From: the human T2T-CHM13v2.0 reference genome, Homo sapiens
NCBI RefSeq assembly: GCF_009914755.1
Contig: NC_060925.1
Reading direction: 5' to 3' (one strand)
Length of the DNA: 64,000 nucleotides
Made by a program: the position numbers and the translations under genes. Below are positions 1 to 23,468 of the stretch, one piece after another (positions within the stretch are counted from its first letter, which is position 1; each line of letters opens with the position of its first letter). A model generated the notes under the pieces. It worked only from the letters and a program-made list of their open reading frames with translations. It was not told the origin of the DNA and did no database searches.

Positions 1-20
1 ATTGTGACCTGACCTCCCCA

Positions 21-32
21 CTTCTCTTTCAG
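21..32 (+). other. RPS6KA1: 3' splice acceptor of the RPS6KA1 terminal exon
   Basis: Polypyrimidine tract CTTCTCTTTC followed by AG, directly before the in-frame GGA GCC ATG (phase 0). Confidence 0.93.
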
Positions 33-155
33 GGAGCCATGGCTGCCACGTACTCCGCACTCAACAGCTCCAAGCCCACCCCCCAGCTGAAGCCCATCGA
101 GTCATCCATCCTGGCCCAGCGGCGAGTGAGGAAGTTGCCATCCACCACCCTGTGA
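33..155 (+). CDS. RPS6KA1: Last coding exon of ribosomal protein S6 kinase A1 (p90 RSK1); 40 aa plus stop
   Basis: Manual translation gives GAMAATYSALNSSKPTPQLKPIESSILAQRRVRKLPSTTL*, the recognised RSK1 C-terminus with the ERK docking motif LAQRRVRKL and the PDZ-binding STTL. TGA at 153-155. Too short for the ORF track. Confidence 0.98.
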   Translation, partial: GAMAATYSALNSSKPTPQLKPIESSILAQRRVRKLPSTTL

Positions 156-985
156 GGCACCAGGGCATTCGGGCCACAGGGCGGTGCTAGCTTGACAGAG
201 TCAGCATGCTTCCCAGAGGGAGCAGGCCGGAACCACAGGGCCAGAGGGAGCTGGAACCCGAGGGGCCGGGGAAGCTGCCAGCCCAGAACACCCCTAATGA
301 GGGTGTGAGAAGTGCCTTCTCCTTCCCCAGGATGGACTCTTCTCGGCTCAGGCTCTGCTGGTGGAAAGCGATTCACTGTATAAACTTTTTTTTATGAAAA
401 AAATGGCATCAACCACCATGGATTTTTACAAGATCCATTTGCCTTTCTGGGAGCAGAAACAGCCATTGCGGCCCCAGGAGGGGAACTGAGTCACGCTGGG
501 GCTCTCTGAGACTCTTTAGAGCAGCTTTGGGATCCCACCCTGGGGACCCCCACGATTGGCCACCTGTAGCCATCTGCACACACCTCCGAGACAGTCCAGT
601 GTCACCTCTCTCAGAGCATCTGGCTGTTTAGCAGAACTCATTCTATCCCCAATCAGCTCCTTTTCCGTTCTGTTCTGCTGGGAGTTCTAGAACCACTTCC
701 TGCTACAGGAGGGGTCTCATGTCCTGCTGGCTTCCAGCTTCAGGCACCAGCATCCACCTTGGCTCTGCCAGTGGATCCCCTGCGGTCAGGCTGGGCAGCC
801 CCAGAGAGAGGATGTGGAAAGCACTTTTTGGCTGACTTCATCTGGGGTTGGCAACAGGACAGAGTTCACAGGAGGCCAGTGGGCGGGCCATGAGGGACAG
901 GGTCTTTTTTCATTTCTTCCTCAGCTGGTTACTCAGGGTTCATCTGTCCATGGCCTTTCTAATAAACTGTTGAGTTGAAGCACGC
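156..985 (+). other. RPS6KA1: RPS6KA1 3' UTR (3' end approximate)
   Basis: Repeat-free sequence from the stop codon to ~20 nt past AATAAA. Confidence 0.88.
961..966 (+). terminator. RPS6KA1: Polyadenylation signal AATAAA
   Basis: First canonical hexamer after the stop codon; interspersed repeats start shortly downstream. Confidence 0.9.
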
Positions 986-1169
986 TCTCCTGCACTCTTC
1001 ATCCCTGAATTTACCCTCTCTCTGCTATCGGATGTTGAAGACATTGGCAGTGACAGAAAATGGGCCAGGGCCAGTTAGCCCAGCTGCTTGGAACCAGGTC
1101 ATCTGGGGAGTGTGTGGGAATCCCGCTGGCCTGGCCCACGTGTTCCTGCCAGGGGATTCCATTATGGTA

Positions 1170-1315
1170 TTGATAACAGTATTATTAGCCAATGGTGACC
1201 AAGTGCCAGGCACTATGCCTGGGCCTCACATGAATATCTCATTTAATCTTAACCCTGTGAGGTAGATGCTCTGTATTATCCCTGTTTTATAGATGGGGAA
1301 ACAGGCTCAAGTTGG
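1170..1315 (-). mobile_element. MIR fragment
   Basis: MIR-like text: CCAGGCACTATGC...CTCATTTAATCTTAACCCTGTGAGGTAG...TTTTATAGATGGGGAAACAGGCTCA. Confidence 0.75.
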
Positions 1316-1845
1316 GGAATGACATTTTCTCATGCAGTATTTTCTGAGCACTCATTCTGGCCCTGTTCTGGATGCTGGTGAACCAGGTAAAGAACAAGGT
1401 CATTGTGTCCAGGGGTCTTACTTCCCAGTAGGGGAAACGGACACTTAACAAGCCATGGTCAGCTACTGATAAGACACATACAGAATTAAACTGGGGTGAG
1501 ATATTGGGTAATCAGGGAAGGCCATTCTGGGGAGGTAACCCAGGAGCTGAGATCTGAATGGTGAGAAGGGGTCAGCCAAGACTGGTAGGCAGAGGGCAGT
1601 CAGGACAAAGGCCATGAGGGGGAAACAGGCTCGGTGTGCTCAGGGATGAGAGGAGGCTGATGTAGCTGTGACCCCAGAGCCAGGCGTTTGCCCAAGATGA
1701 GGCTGGAAAGGAGGCAGAGGCCAGTTATGCTAGGCACTGTAAGCCAGGATTAGGCGTGCATTTAATTCTGAGTGAGGCGCAAGCTCCTAAAATAATTTGA
1801 GCAGGAAAGTGACATGATTTGATCATGATTTGATTCACATTTTTA

Positions 1846-2143
<298 letters not shown>

Positions 2144-2494
2144 AAAGATCACTCCGTTTGCTCTGTAGAGAATTTGGACAGTGAGGTGGGGAGGCAGGAG
2201 GGAAGCAAGGTGACCAGGTTGGTGGCTACTGCAGTAGCCCAGGCAAGAGATGAGGTGGCTTGGACTAGGGTGGTGGGATGGAGATTGGGATGGAGTAGAT
2301 GGGGTCAGGATATGCTTTGGAGGTAAAGTAGACAGCACTTGCTGGCAGTTTGCATGCAGAGGATAAGGGAAACAGAAGATTCAAGGATATCTTCTAGATT
2401 TTTGGGGAAAGAGTTTTGGGGGAAGCATTGGAGAGAAATAGGTTTGAGGAAAATTTTTAGAGCTCTGTGGGAGGTAACTTTTAAGTATCCAAAT

Positions 2495-2943
2495 GGCTGG
2501 GCATGGTGGCTCACGCCTGTAATCCCAGCACTTTGGGAGGCCGAGGCAGGTGGATCACCTGAGGTTGAGAGTTCGAAACCAGCCTGACCAACATGGAGAA
2601 ACCCCGTCTCTACTAAAAATAATAGAAAATTATGCCGAGCGCAGTGGCTCATGCCTGTAATCCCAGCACTTTGGGAGGCCGAGGCGGGCGGATCAGGAGG
2701 TCAGGAGATCGAGACAATCCTGGCTAACATGGTGAAACCCTGTCTCTACTAAAAATACAAAAAATTAGCCGGGCCTAGTGGCGGGCACCTGTAGTCCCAG
2801 CTACTCAGGAGGCTGAGGCAGGAGAATGGCATGAACCCAGAAAATGGAGCTCACAGTGAGCCGAGATCGTGCCACTGCACTCCAGCCTGGGTGAGAGAGC
2901 GAGACTCCATCTCAAAAAATAAATAAATAAATATAAATAAAAA
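2495..2943 (+). mobile_element. AluS left monomer fused to a full AluY
   Basis: Left arm 2495-2630, then a dimer with AluY diagnostics (GAGATCGAGAC, CTGGCTAAC, GGCATGAACCC). One TSD, TATCCAAAT, at 2486-2494 and 2944-2952. Confidence 0.88.
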
Positions 2944-3067
2944 TATCCAAATGGAGATGTCAAATAAGAGTTGTAATTAGAAGTTGAAGTTCTAGGGAGA
3001 GATCTGAACTGGAAAGATAAATTTGGAAGTCATTAGCTTGGAGAAAGTTTGCAAAGCCAAGAGACGG

Positions 3068-3230
3068 GGCTTCTGAGAGTGTGGTCCACATACCAGTAGC
3101 ATCAGCATCATCTGGGAGCTGGGTAGAAGTGCTGAATCTCAGGCCTGTCCCCAGACCTGGTTAATAGGAATCTATCTTATAACAAGGTCTACATGTGATT
3201 TCTGTGCATATTAAAGTTTGAGAAGTGCTG
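3068..3230. mobile_element. MER5A-like hAT-Charlie DNA transposon remnant
   Basis: GTGTGGTCC...CAGCATCATCTGGGAGCT...GAATCTCAGGCC...TAAAGTTTGAGAAGTGCTG resembles the MER5A consensus. Confidence 0.8.
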
Positions 3231-3689
3231 TTCTAGGGCCTGAGCAAAGATGAGGGGGTGGGGGGATGCCTGTGCTGAGCCCTGGAGCACCAGCAAGGGA
3301 CACTCAGGGATGACAGCCAGAGGACCCCCCCACCCCCAGTCTGGCAAGATTCCAAGCCTTATGAACCAGGCCTTGGTTTCCATTATGTCTCGGCCGCCCC
3401 ACTTTACAGATTTTAGAAAGCTAGGGCCTTAGAAGTGAATAAGTCCTGTTATGATGGAAGGAGATTCTGATAACAGCAGCTAAGTTTTGGGGCTGGCCTA
3501 AGTGTACGGATTCTAAGCCCGGCAGCCTCCCCACAGGAGCAAGGAGGGTGCTGTTGGGGCCCCATGGGCTAGGAAGCCCTCCTTTGCAACCAGTGACACT
3601 TATGTGGTACTTAGCCCCAACCCATGTCCTGTGTGTTTCACTTCTTGGAGACTTGGTTTCCCCATCTTGGAACCAACATTTCCTGTCCC

Positions 3690-4410
3690 ACCCATCATCC
3701 AGGGTTGTCTCCCCTGGACCCCATCACCCAGCTGGAATCCTGAGCATCACCCTGCCTCCTTCCCCCCACTTCTGCATCCTGCCACCATCAATTCTGTTTC
3801 CTAAATATTTGGAGGATCCATCCCCTCCTCTCCATCCTCCCTGCCCTTCTCATATTTTTGTTCTTCCAGTAGCCTACTAAATCTCTCCAGACTTTTGTGT
3901 CCCCAACATCCTCCATTTACAATCACAAATCTGACCCAGCATCTGCCCTGAAGTGACTCGTCACTGTCTACAAGATATTGCTGAGGCATCCTCGCTTGAA
4001 TTCAGTGTCCTGTGTGATCTGGCCCCCACCAAGATCCCAGTGTCAACTCTGTAACTTGTCCCCAAACTGCTCACAAGACCCAAACCTGCCGTGCTTCTGC
4101 CTCCACTGGATTCTGCTGCCACGTGTGCCCTGCTAATTTCCCATCCTTTAGGAAAATTCAAATGACACCTCCAGGAAGCCAACTAGGACACCACAAACTG
4201 TTTGGTGACCTTCCTTTGGGGTCCTCAGACCCCGCTCTGTGCCCCATTTCTGCGTATACCACACTTTTGGAAACAGCTGATGATGTGTTTTCTCCCCACT
4301 AGTCTGTGAACCTGAGGGTGTGGGCTGTGCTTTGTTCATTCCATATCCTGTGCACCTGGCACACAGTTTTTTGGTCCTCAGCTAGTGTTTGTTGAATGGG
4401 TGAGTGAACG
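3690..4410 (+). mobile_element. L2 remnant
   Basis: Pyrimidine-rich L2 body ending in CACCTGGCACACAG...GTTTGTTGAATGGGTGAGTGAA. Confidence 0.65.
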
Positions 4411-4702
4411 AGAGAGCAGACTTGATGGTGCTGGGGGAAGCATAGAGCTGGAGCCTGGAAAGGCATCTGGGGTGGAAGGGAAGCTGGTGCTCTGAGGCAT
4501 TGAGCTGTTAGTGTCTTGCCCCAGGCACCAGAAGGAAGATCCAAGAACCAGGAAATGGTGGATGGGTGGGTGGGGTGGGAGTCCATAGGTTTCTCAGCAG
4601 CCAAACCCCAAAACCCTAATACTTCACCTCTGTGGGCTTCAGTTTCCGCACTTGCTAAATGGGGATAATTCTTGCCCACCTCACAGCATCACCTGAAGAT
4701 CA

Positions 4703-12455
<7,753 letters not shown>

Positions 12456-12579
12456 TGGGGCCGGGCCCAGTGGCTCACGCCTGTAATCCCAGCACTTTGG
12501 GAGGCCAAGGCGGACAGATCACCTGCAGTCAGGAGTTCAAGACCAGCCTGGCCAACATGGTGAAACCCAGTCTCTACTA

Positions 12580-13252
<673 letters not shown>

Positions 13253-13271
13253 TTAGCTGGGCATGGTGTCA

Positions 13272-13479
<208 letters not shown>

Positions 13480-13569
13480 TTAAATCCAGGTCAGACTCAC
13501 CTGGAACTTCCTGCTCCTAATCCTTACTGCTTTACCATCTCTGTAATTTAAGACCCAGGTGATGGTTAG

Positions 13570-13786
<217 letters not shown>

Positions 13787-13934
13787 TAGCCAAGACAGTC
13801 TCGATCTCCTGACCTTGTGATCCACCCGCCTTGGCCTCCCAAAGTGCTGGGATTACAGGCGTGAGCCACCATGCCCGGCCTAGCCTGGAAATTTTAAAGA
13901 TCTGCAAAGTTTCCTAATAGGATTGCACAGGATC

Positions 13935-15240
<1,306 letters not shown>

Positions 15241-15459
15241 ATGGCTACTCAGGTTATTTCTTCTCTTCTTCCTTTTTTTTTTTTTGAAACAGGGTCTCAC
15301 TCTGTCACCAAGGCTGGAGTGCAATGGCACAATAATGGTTTACTGCAGCCTCAACCTCCTGGGCCTAACCAGTCCTCCTACCTCAGCCTCACAAAGCACT
15401 GGGATTACAGGCATGAGCCACCACACCTGGTGTGCAACATGTTTTACTTATTTATTTAA

Positions 15460-15744
<285 letters not shown>

Positions 15745-15904
15745 TAGCCCTCAATGTGTTTTAGAAAGCTAAAATTAGCTGAGTGTGCTGGCTCACACCT
15801 GTAATCCCAGCACTTTGAGAGGCTTAGGCGGGTGGAGTGCTTTAGCCCAGGAGTTTGAGACCAGCCTGGGCAACATGACAAAACCCCGTCTCTATAAATA
15901 CTTA

Positions 15905-16090
<186 letters not shown>

Positions 16091-16093
16091 TTA

Positions 16094-16400
<307 letters not shown>

Positions 16401-17289
16401 TTATTTATTACACCATATATTGCAATGATGGCATCTGGCATCTGCTCATTTGTCGTTCAACAAACGTTTCTTGAGCATTCACCTGGCATGTAATTTTTTT
16501 GGGGGAAATTTATGACTTTGGTTTGCTATTTGTCAAAAGGCACTCTCTGTTCCTTCCTCCCATTTACCATATGCTAAACAGTTTACTAGAAGCTTTAAAT
16601 GCTTTGATTCATTTAATCATCAAAACAACCTAGCTAAGTGGATATTATTATTTCCTTTTATACATGAATAAAATGGAATATCAGATAACTTAAATCAAAT
16701 GGAATCAACTTAAATAAAAAAACTTTAATCCCTTAATCAATAGTTTACATTTATTGAGTGCTTATCAGGTGCCAAGCACTGTAATAAATGCTTTATAAGT
16801 ATTATTGCCTCTATTTCCTTATGGAGTGAAGGCTTTGATTATACTCATCTTACTAATGAGTATGAGGTTAAATTACCTAATACCCAAGGTCATCCTTTTA
16901 GAAAGTGGTAGAGCTGGTACCAGCACTGTACTTCACATTAGAAAACCTGTGTTCACATCTTGTTTTTACAGTGTGATCTTGTGATCTTACAGCCACTGAA
17001 CAGCTCTGAGCTTTAGTTTCATTTGTTTTTCAGCTTTAAGTTTTTTAATGATTATATCATCTCAAAAGATTGTTTTAAAGGTCTGAAAGGAATTCCTATA
17101 CCTGTAAACACTGCACATGTATTATTCAAGCAAACATTTGTCACTAATTATGTGAAAAGCATACACTATTAGATGATGCATTAAAAATAATTTATTGTAG
17201 GGCGTGGTGGCTCACACCTGTAATCCCAGCACTTTGGGAGGCCGAGGCGGGTGGATCACGAGGTCGGGAGATGGAGACCATCCTGGCTA

Positions 17290-17547
<258 letters not shown>

Positions 17548-17590
17548 CTACAGATAAAAAGGAATCCCCTTCGCCGGGCGCGGTGGCTCA

Positions 17591-17847
<257 letters not shown>

Positions 17848-17915
17848 TCAAAAAAAAAAAAAAAAAGGAATCCCCTTCTCACAATTAAATTGGGCTCTCC
17901 TAAACTGGGCTCTGA

Positions 17916-18359
<444 letters not shown>

Positions 18360-18379
18360 TGAGCCACTGCTCCCAGCTC

Positions 18380-18782
18380 AAGTTTTTGTTTTAAGGTTAA
18401 TTTTCTTTTTTTTCTAAGAAAGCTTTTTCTACCCAAAGTTCTCAAAGATTTTTCTCTTGTTTTCTTGCAAAAGTTTTAGCTTTTACGATTAGGCCTATGA
18501 TCCATTTCCATTTAATTTTTATGGTATCATATACTATATGAGTATGATATAAGCATTGAAATTGTTTTTCCTTATGGATATCTAATTGTTTCTGCACCAT
18601 TTTTAGAAAAGACTACCCTTTCTTAACATCTTTGTTGAAAATCAACTTACCACATATGTGTGAGTCTGTTCCTGAACTCTCTATTCTATTGATCTACAGA
18701 TCTTTCTAATAGCACAGTTTTGATTACCATGCTTTACAGTGCTTATAACTCAGTCTTGAAACTGGGTAGCTTAAGTCCTCCT
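18380..18782 (-). mobile_element. Old L1M ORF2 remnant
   Basis: TAGGCCTATGATCCATTT, GATATCTAATTGTTTCTGCACCATTTTTAGAAAAGACTA, CTTTGTTGAAAATCAACTTACCA. Confidence 0.75.
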
Positions 18783-18794
18783 CTCTTTTATCTT

Positions 18795-19170
18795 TTTTTT
18801 GGAGGGATAGAGATGGGGTCTCCCATATTGCTTAGGCTGGTCTTGAACTCCTAGGCAATGAACATTTTCAAAATTTTAAAAAATGGAGCAAAAATCATTC
18901 AATTACTTATGAAAAAGAAGAAAAATATTTTCACACATATTAACTCTTTTAATCCTAACAGCCCTTTGAGGTAGGTACCATATAATCATTCCCATTTTAC
19001 AGATGGAGAAGTTGATTCCCAGAGACTTTGAATAACTTGCCCAAGGAAATGAATAAGGTTTGAACCCAGGCAGTCTGGCTTTAGGGCATGTAAGCAATTA
19101 GGTAAGCAATTCTCTTGCCTTGGCCTCCCAAAGTGCTGGGATTACAGGCATGGGCCATCATGCCCGTGCC
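18795..19170 (-). mobile_element. FLAM/AluJ left monomer split by a templated insertion
   Basis: ...GGTCTTGAACTCCTAGGC ends at 18856 and resumes as AAGCAATTCTCTTGCCTTGGCCTCCCAAAGTGCTGGG at ~19104. Confidence 0.85.
18857..19092 (-). repeat. Inverted local duplication (~236 bp) of 21160-21318 joined to 23481-23555
   Basis: Manual reverse-complement alignment shows ~5 substitutions and one 2-bp indel. Also visible as the near-identical ORF-track peptides 18903..19097(-) and 21116..21334(+). Confidence 0.96.
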
Positions 19171-19197
19171 CCCTGCTTTTCTTTTTTTTTTTTTTTA

Positions 19198-19500
19198 GGA
19201 GACAGGGTCTTACTACATTGTCCAGGCTGGAGTGCAGTGGCTATTCACAGGCACAATTCCACTACTGATCAGCACAGGAGTTTTGACCTGCTCAGTTCCC
19301 AACCTGGGCTAGTTCACCTCTCCTTAGGCAACCTGGTGGTCCCCCAGCTCCCAGGAGGTCACCATATTGATGCAGAATTTAGTGCAAACAGACACCTGAT
19401 GGACGTAGCACACTATGGCCCAGAACTCTTGGACTCAAGCCATCCTCCTGCCTCAGCCTCCCATGTAGCTGGGACAACAGGGTGCGCCACTGCACCTGGC
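19198..19500 (-). pseudogene. Full-length 7SL (SRP RNA) retropseudogene
   Basis: Contains the S-domain absent from Alu (GGCTATTCACAGGC...ACTACTGATCAGCAC...CCTTAGGCAACCTGGTGGTCCCC...GGTCACCATATTGATGC). Poly(T) at 19177-19196 is the A tail. May be the annotated RN7SL679P (from memory, unverified). Confidence 0.95.
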
Positions 19501-19516
19501 TCTTTTATTTTTTTAA

Positions 19517-19869
<353 letters not shown>

Positions 19870-19897
19870 TCTTCTTTTTTTTTTTTTTTTTTTTAAT

Positions 19898-19997
19898 AAG
19901 GCTAGTCAAGTGGAGCAGTGGGAGTAGAGAAGGAACAAAGAAATCTGTAACTGGTTGTGATCAATTAGTTGCAAACACCACTGCACTTGGACCAGCT
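19898..19997 (-). pseudogene. Y3 RNA (RNY3-derived) retropseudogene
   Basis: Reverse complement matches hY3 (GGCTGGTCCGAGTGCAGTGGTGTTTACAACTAATTGATCACAACCAGTTACAGATTTCTTTGTTCC...GACTAGCCTT) with few mismatches. Poly(T) at ~19875-19894 is the A tail. Confidence 0.95.
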
Positions 19998-20049
19998 ATC
20001 TTCTTTTTAAATATCAACCTAGGAGCAGAATAATTGGCACAGAAACTAT

Positions 20050-21005
<956 letters not shown>

Positions 21006-21140
21006 CCTCATGCCCCTTTGAGTCTGAGCTTTTCCATCTCCAAAGTGCAGCTTAGTTGTAAGGATGTATGGTGTTAGCTTAGCTTGGGGACTGGCACACA
21101 GAAAGCACTGGGGAAATGAAGCTTATATTACTGCAAACAT

Positions 21141-21318
21141 ACAGCTGGGTAGTTAAGTATACATGCCCTAAAGCCAGACTGACTGGGTTCAAACCTTATT
21201 CATTTCCTTGGGCAAGTTATTCAAAGTCTCTGGGAATCAACTTCTCCATCTGTAAAATGGGAATGATTATATGGTACCTACCTCAAAGGGCTATTAGGAT
21301 TAAAAGAGTTAATATGTG
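21141..21318 (+). mobile_element. MIR; target of the SVA and donor of the inverted copy
   Basis: GTTAAG...GCCAGACTGACTGGGTTCAAACC...CCTTGGGCAAGTTA...CATCTGTAAAATGGG...GGATTAAAAGAGTTAATATGTG follows the MIR consensus. Confidence 0.85.
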
Positions 21319-23468
21319 GCTCTTCTCCCTTTAAGACCAGCCCTGCCCCTGCCCCTGCCCCTGCCCCTGCCCCTGCCCCTGCCTCTGCCTCTGCCTCTGC
21401 CTCTCCCCTCTCCCCTCTCCCCTCTCCCTCTCGGTCTCCCTCTCCCTCTCTTTCCACGGTCTCCCTCTGATGCCGAGCCGAAGCTGGACTGTACTGCTGC
21501 CATCTCGGCTCACTGCAACCTCCCTGCCTGATTCTCCTGCCTCAGCCTGCCGAGTGCCTGCGATTGCAGGCACGCGCCACCACGCCTGACTGGTTTTCGT
21601 ACTTTTTTGGTGGAGACGGGGTTTCGCTGTGTTGGCCGGGCTGGTCTCCAGCTCCTAACCGCGAGTGATCCGCCAGCCTTGGCCTCCCGAGGTGCCGGGA
21701 TTGCAGACGGAGTCTGGTTCACTCAGTGCTCAATGGTGCCCAGGCTGGAGTGCAGTGGCGTGATCTCAGCTCGCTACAACCTCCATCTCCCAGCCGCCTG
21801 CCTTGGCCTCCCAAAGTGCCGAGATTGCAGCCTCTGCCCGGCCACCACCCCGTCTGGGAAGTGAGGAGCGTCTCTGCCTGGCCGCCCATCGTCTGGGATG
21901 TGAGGAGCCCCTCTGCCTGGCTGCCCAGTCTGGAAAGTGAGGAGCGTCTCTGACCGGCCGCCATCCCATCTAGGAAGTGAGGAGCGCCTCTTCCCGGCAG
22001 CCATCCCATCTGGGAAGTGAGGAGCGTCTCTGCCCGGCCGCCCATCGTCTGAGATGTGGGGAGCGCCTCTGCCCCGCCGCCCCGTCTGGGATGTGAGGAG
22101 CGCCTCTGCCCGGCCGCGACCCCGTCTGGGAGGTGAGGAGCGTCTCTGCCCAGCCGCCCCATCTGAGAAGTGAGGAGCCCCTCCGCCCGGCAGCCGCCCC
22201 GTCTGAGAAGTGAGGAGTCCCTCTGCCCGGCAGCCACCCCGTCTGGGAAGTGAGGAGCGTCTCCGCCCGGCAGCCGCCCCGTCCGGGAGGGAGGTGGGGG
22301 GGTCAGCCCCCCGCCCGGCCAGCCGCCCCGTCCGGGAGGGAGGTGGGGGGGTCAGCCCCCCGTCCGGGAGGGAGGTGGGGGCGGTCAGCCCCCCGCCCGG
22401 CCAGCCACCCTGTCCGGGAGGTGAGGGGCGCCTCTGCCCAGCCGCCCCTACTGGGAAGTGAGGAGCCCCTCTGCCTGGCCAGCCACCCCGTCCAGGAGGG
22501 AGGTGGGGGAGTCAGCCCCCCACCCGGCCAGCCGCCCCGTCCGGGAGGGAGGTGGGGGGGTCAGCCCCCCGCCCGGCCAGCCACCCCGTCCAGGAGGGAG
22601 GTGGGGTGAGCCCCCCGCCCAGCCAGCCGCCCCGTCCGGGAGGTGAGGGGCGCCTCTGCCCAGCCGCCCCTACTGGGAAGTGAGGAGCCCCTCTGCCGGG
22701 CCAGCCACCCCGTCCGGGAGGGAGGTGGGGGGATCAACACCCCGCCCGGCCAGCCGCCCCGTCCGGGAGGGAGGTGGGGGGGTCAGCCCCCGCCCGGCCA
22801 GCCAGCCCGTCCGGGAGGGAGGTGGGGGGGTCAGCCCCCCGCCCGGCCAGCCGCCCCGTCCGGGAGGTGAGGGGCGCCTCTGCCCGGCCACCCCTACTAG
22901 GAAGTGAGGAGCCCCTCTGCCCAGCCACCACCTCGTCTGGGAGGTGTACCCAACAGCTCATTGAGAACGGGCCATGATGACAATGGCGGTTTTGTGGAAC
23001 AGAAAGGGGGGAAAGGTGGGGAAAACATTGAGAAATCGGATGGTTGCCGTGTCTGTGTAGAAAGAAGTAGACATGGGAGACTTTTCATTTTGTTCTGTAC
23101 TAAGATAAATTCTTCTGCCTTGGGATCCTGTTGATCGGTGACCTTACCCCCAACCCTGTGCTCTCTGAAACATGTGCTGTGTCCACTCAGGGTTAAATGG
23201 ATTAAGGGCGGTGCAAGATGTGCTTTGTTAAACAGATGCTTGAAGGCAGCATGCTCGTTAAGAATCATCACCACTCCCTAATCTCAAGTACCCAGGGACA
23301 CAAACACTGCGGAAGGCTGCAGGGTCCTCTGCCTAGGAAAACCAGAGACCTTTGTTCACTTGTTTATCTGCCAACCTTCCCTCCACTATTGTCCTATGAC
23401 CCTGCCAAATCCCCCTCTGCGAGAAACACCCAAGAATGATCAATAAAAAAAATAAAAATTAAAAAAAA
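21319..23468 (+). mobile_element. Full-length SVA retrotransposon (SVA_D-like)
   Basis: Hexamer region (21341-~21450), antisense Alu-like domain (~21460-21830), GC-rich VNTR (~21830-22945), SINE-R (~22945-23440), AATAAA and poly(A). Perfect 12-bp TSD AGTTAATATGTG at 21307-21318 and 23469-23480, extendable to 17 bp with one mismatch at a TT/AAAA site. Confidence 0.97.
21830..22945 (+). repeat. SVA VNTR
   Basis: Tandem ~37-50-bp units such as GCCCGGCCAGCCGCCCCGTCCGGGAGGGAGGTGGGGGGGTCAGCCCCC and GAAGTGAGGAGCCCCTCT. Confidence 0.95.

Noticed and set aside
29-397. ORFs 29..376(-) and 206..397(+) overlapping the RPS6KA1 last exon and UTR; possible stop-codon readthrough
   Set aside because: No recognisable homology. 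The real frame is 33-155. The stop context TGA-GGC is not the TGA-CTAG readthrough motif.
21309-23439. Pro/Gly/Arg-rich ORFs and a regularly spaced repeat array resembling CRISPR or a repeat protein
   Set aside because: Fully explained by the SVA hexamer, VNTR and SINE-R domains; there are no unique spacers or cas genes.
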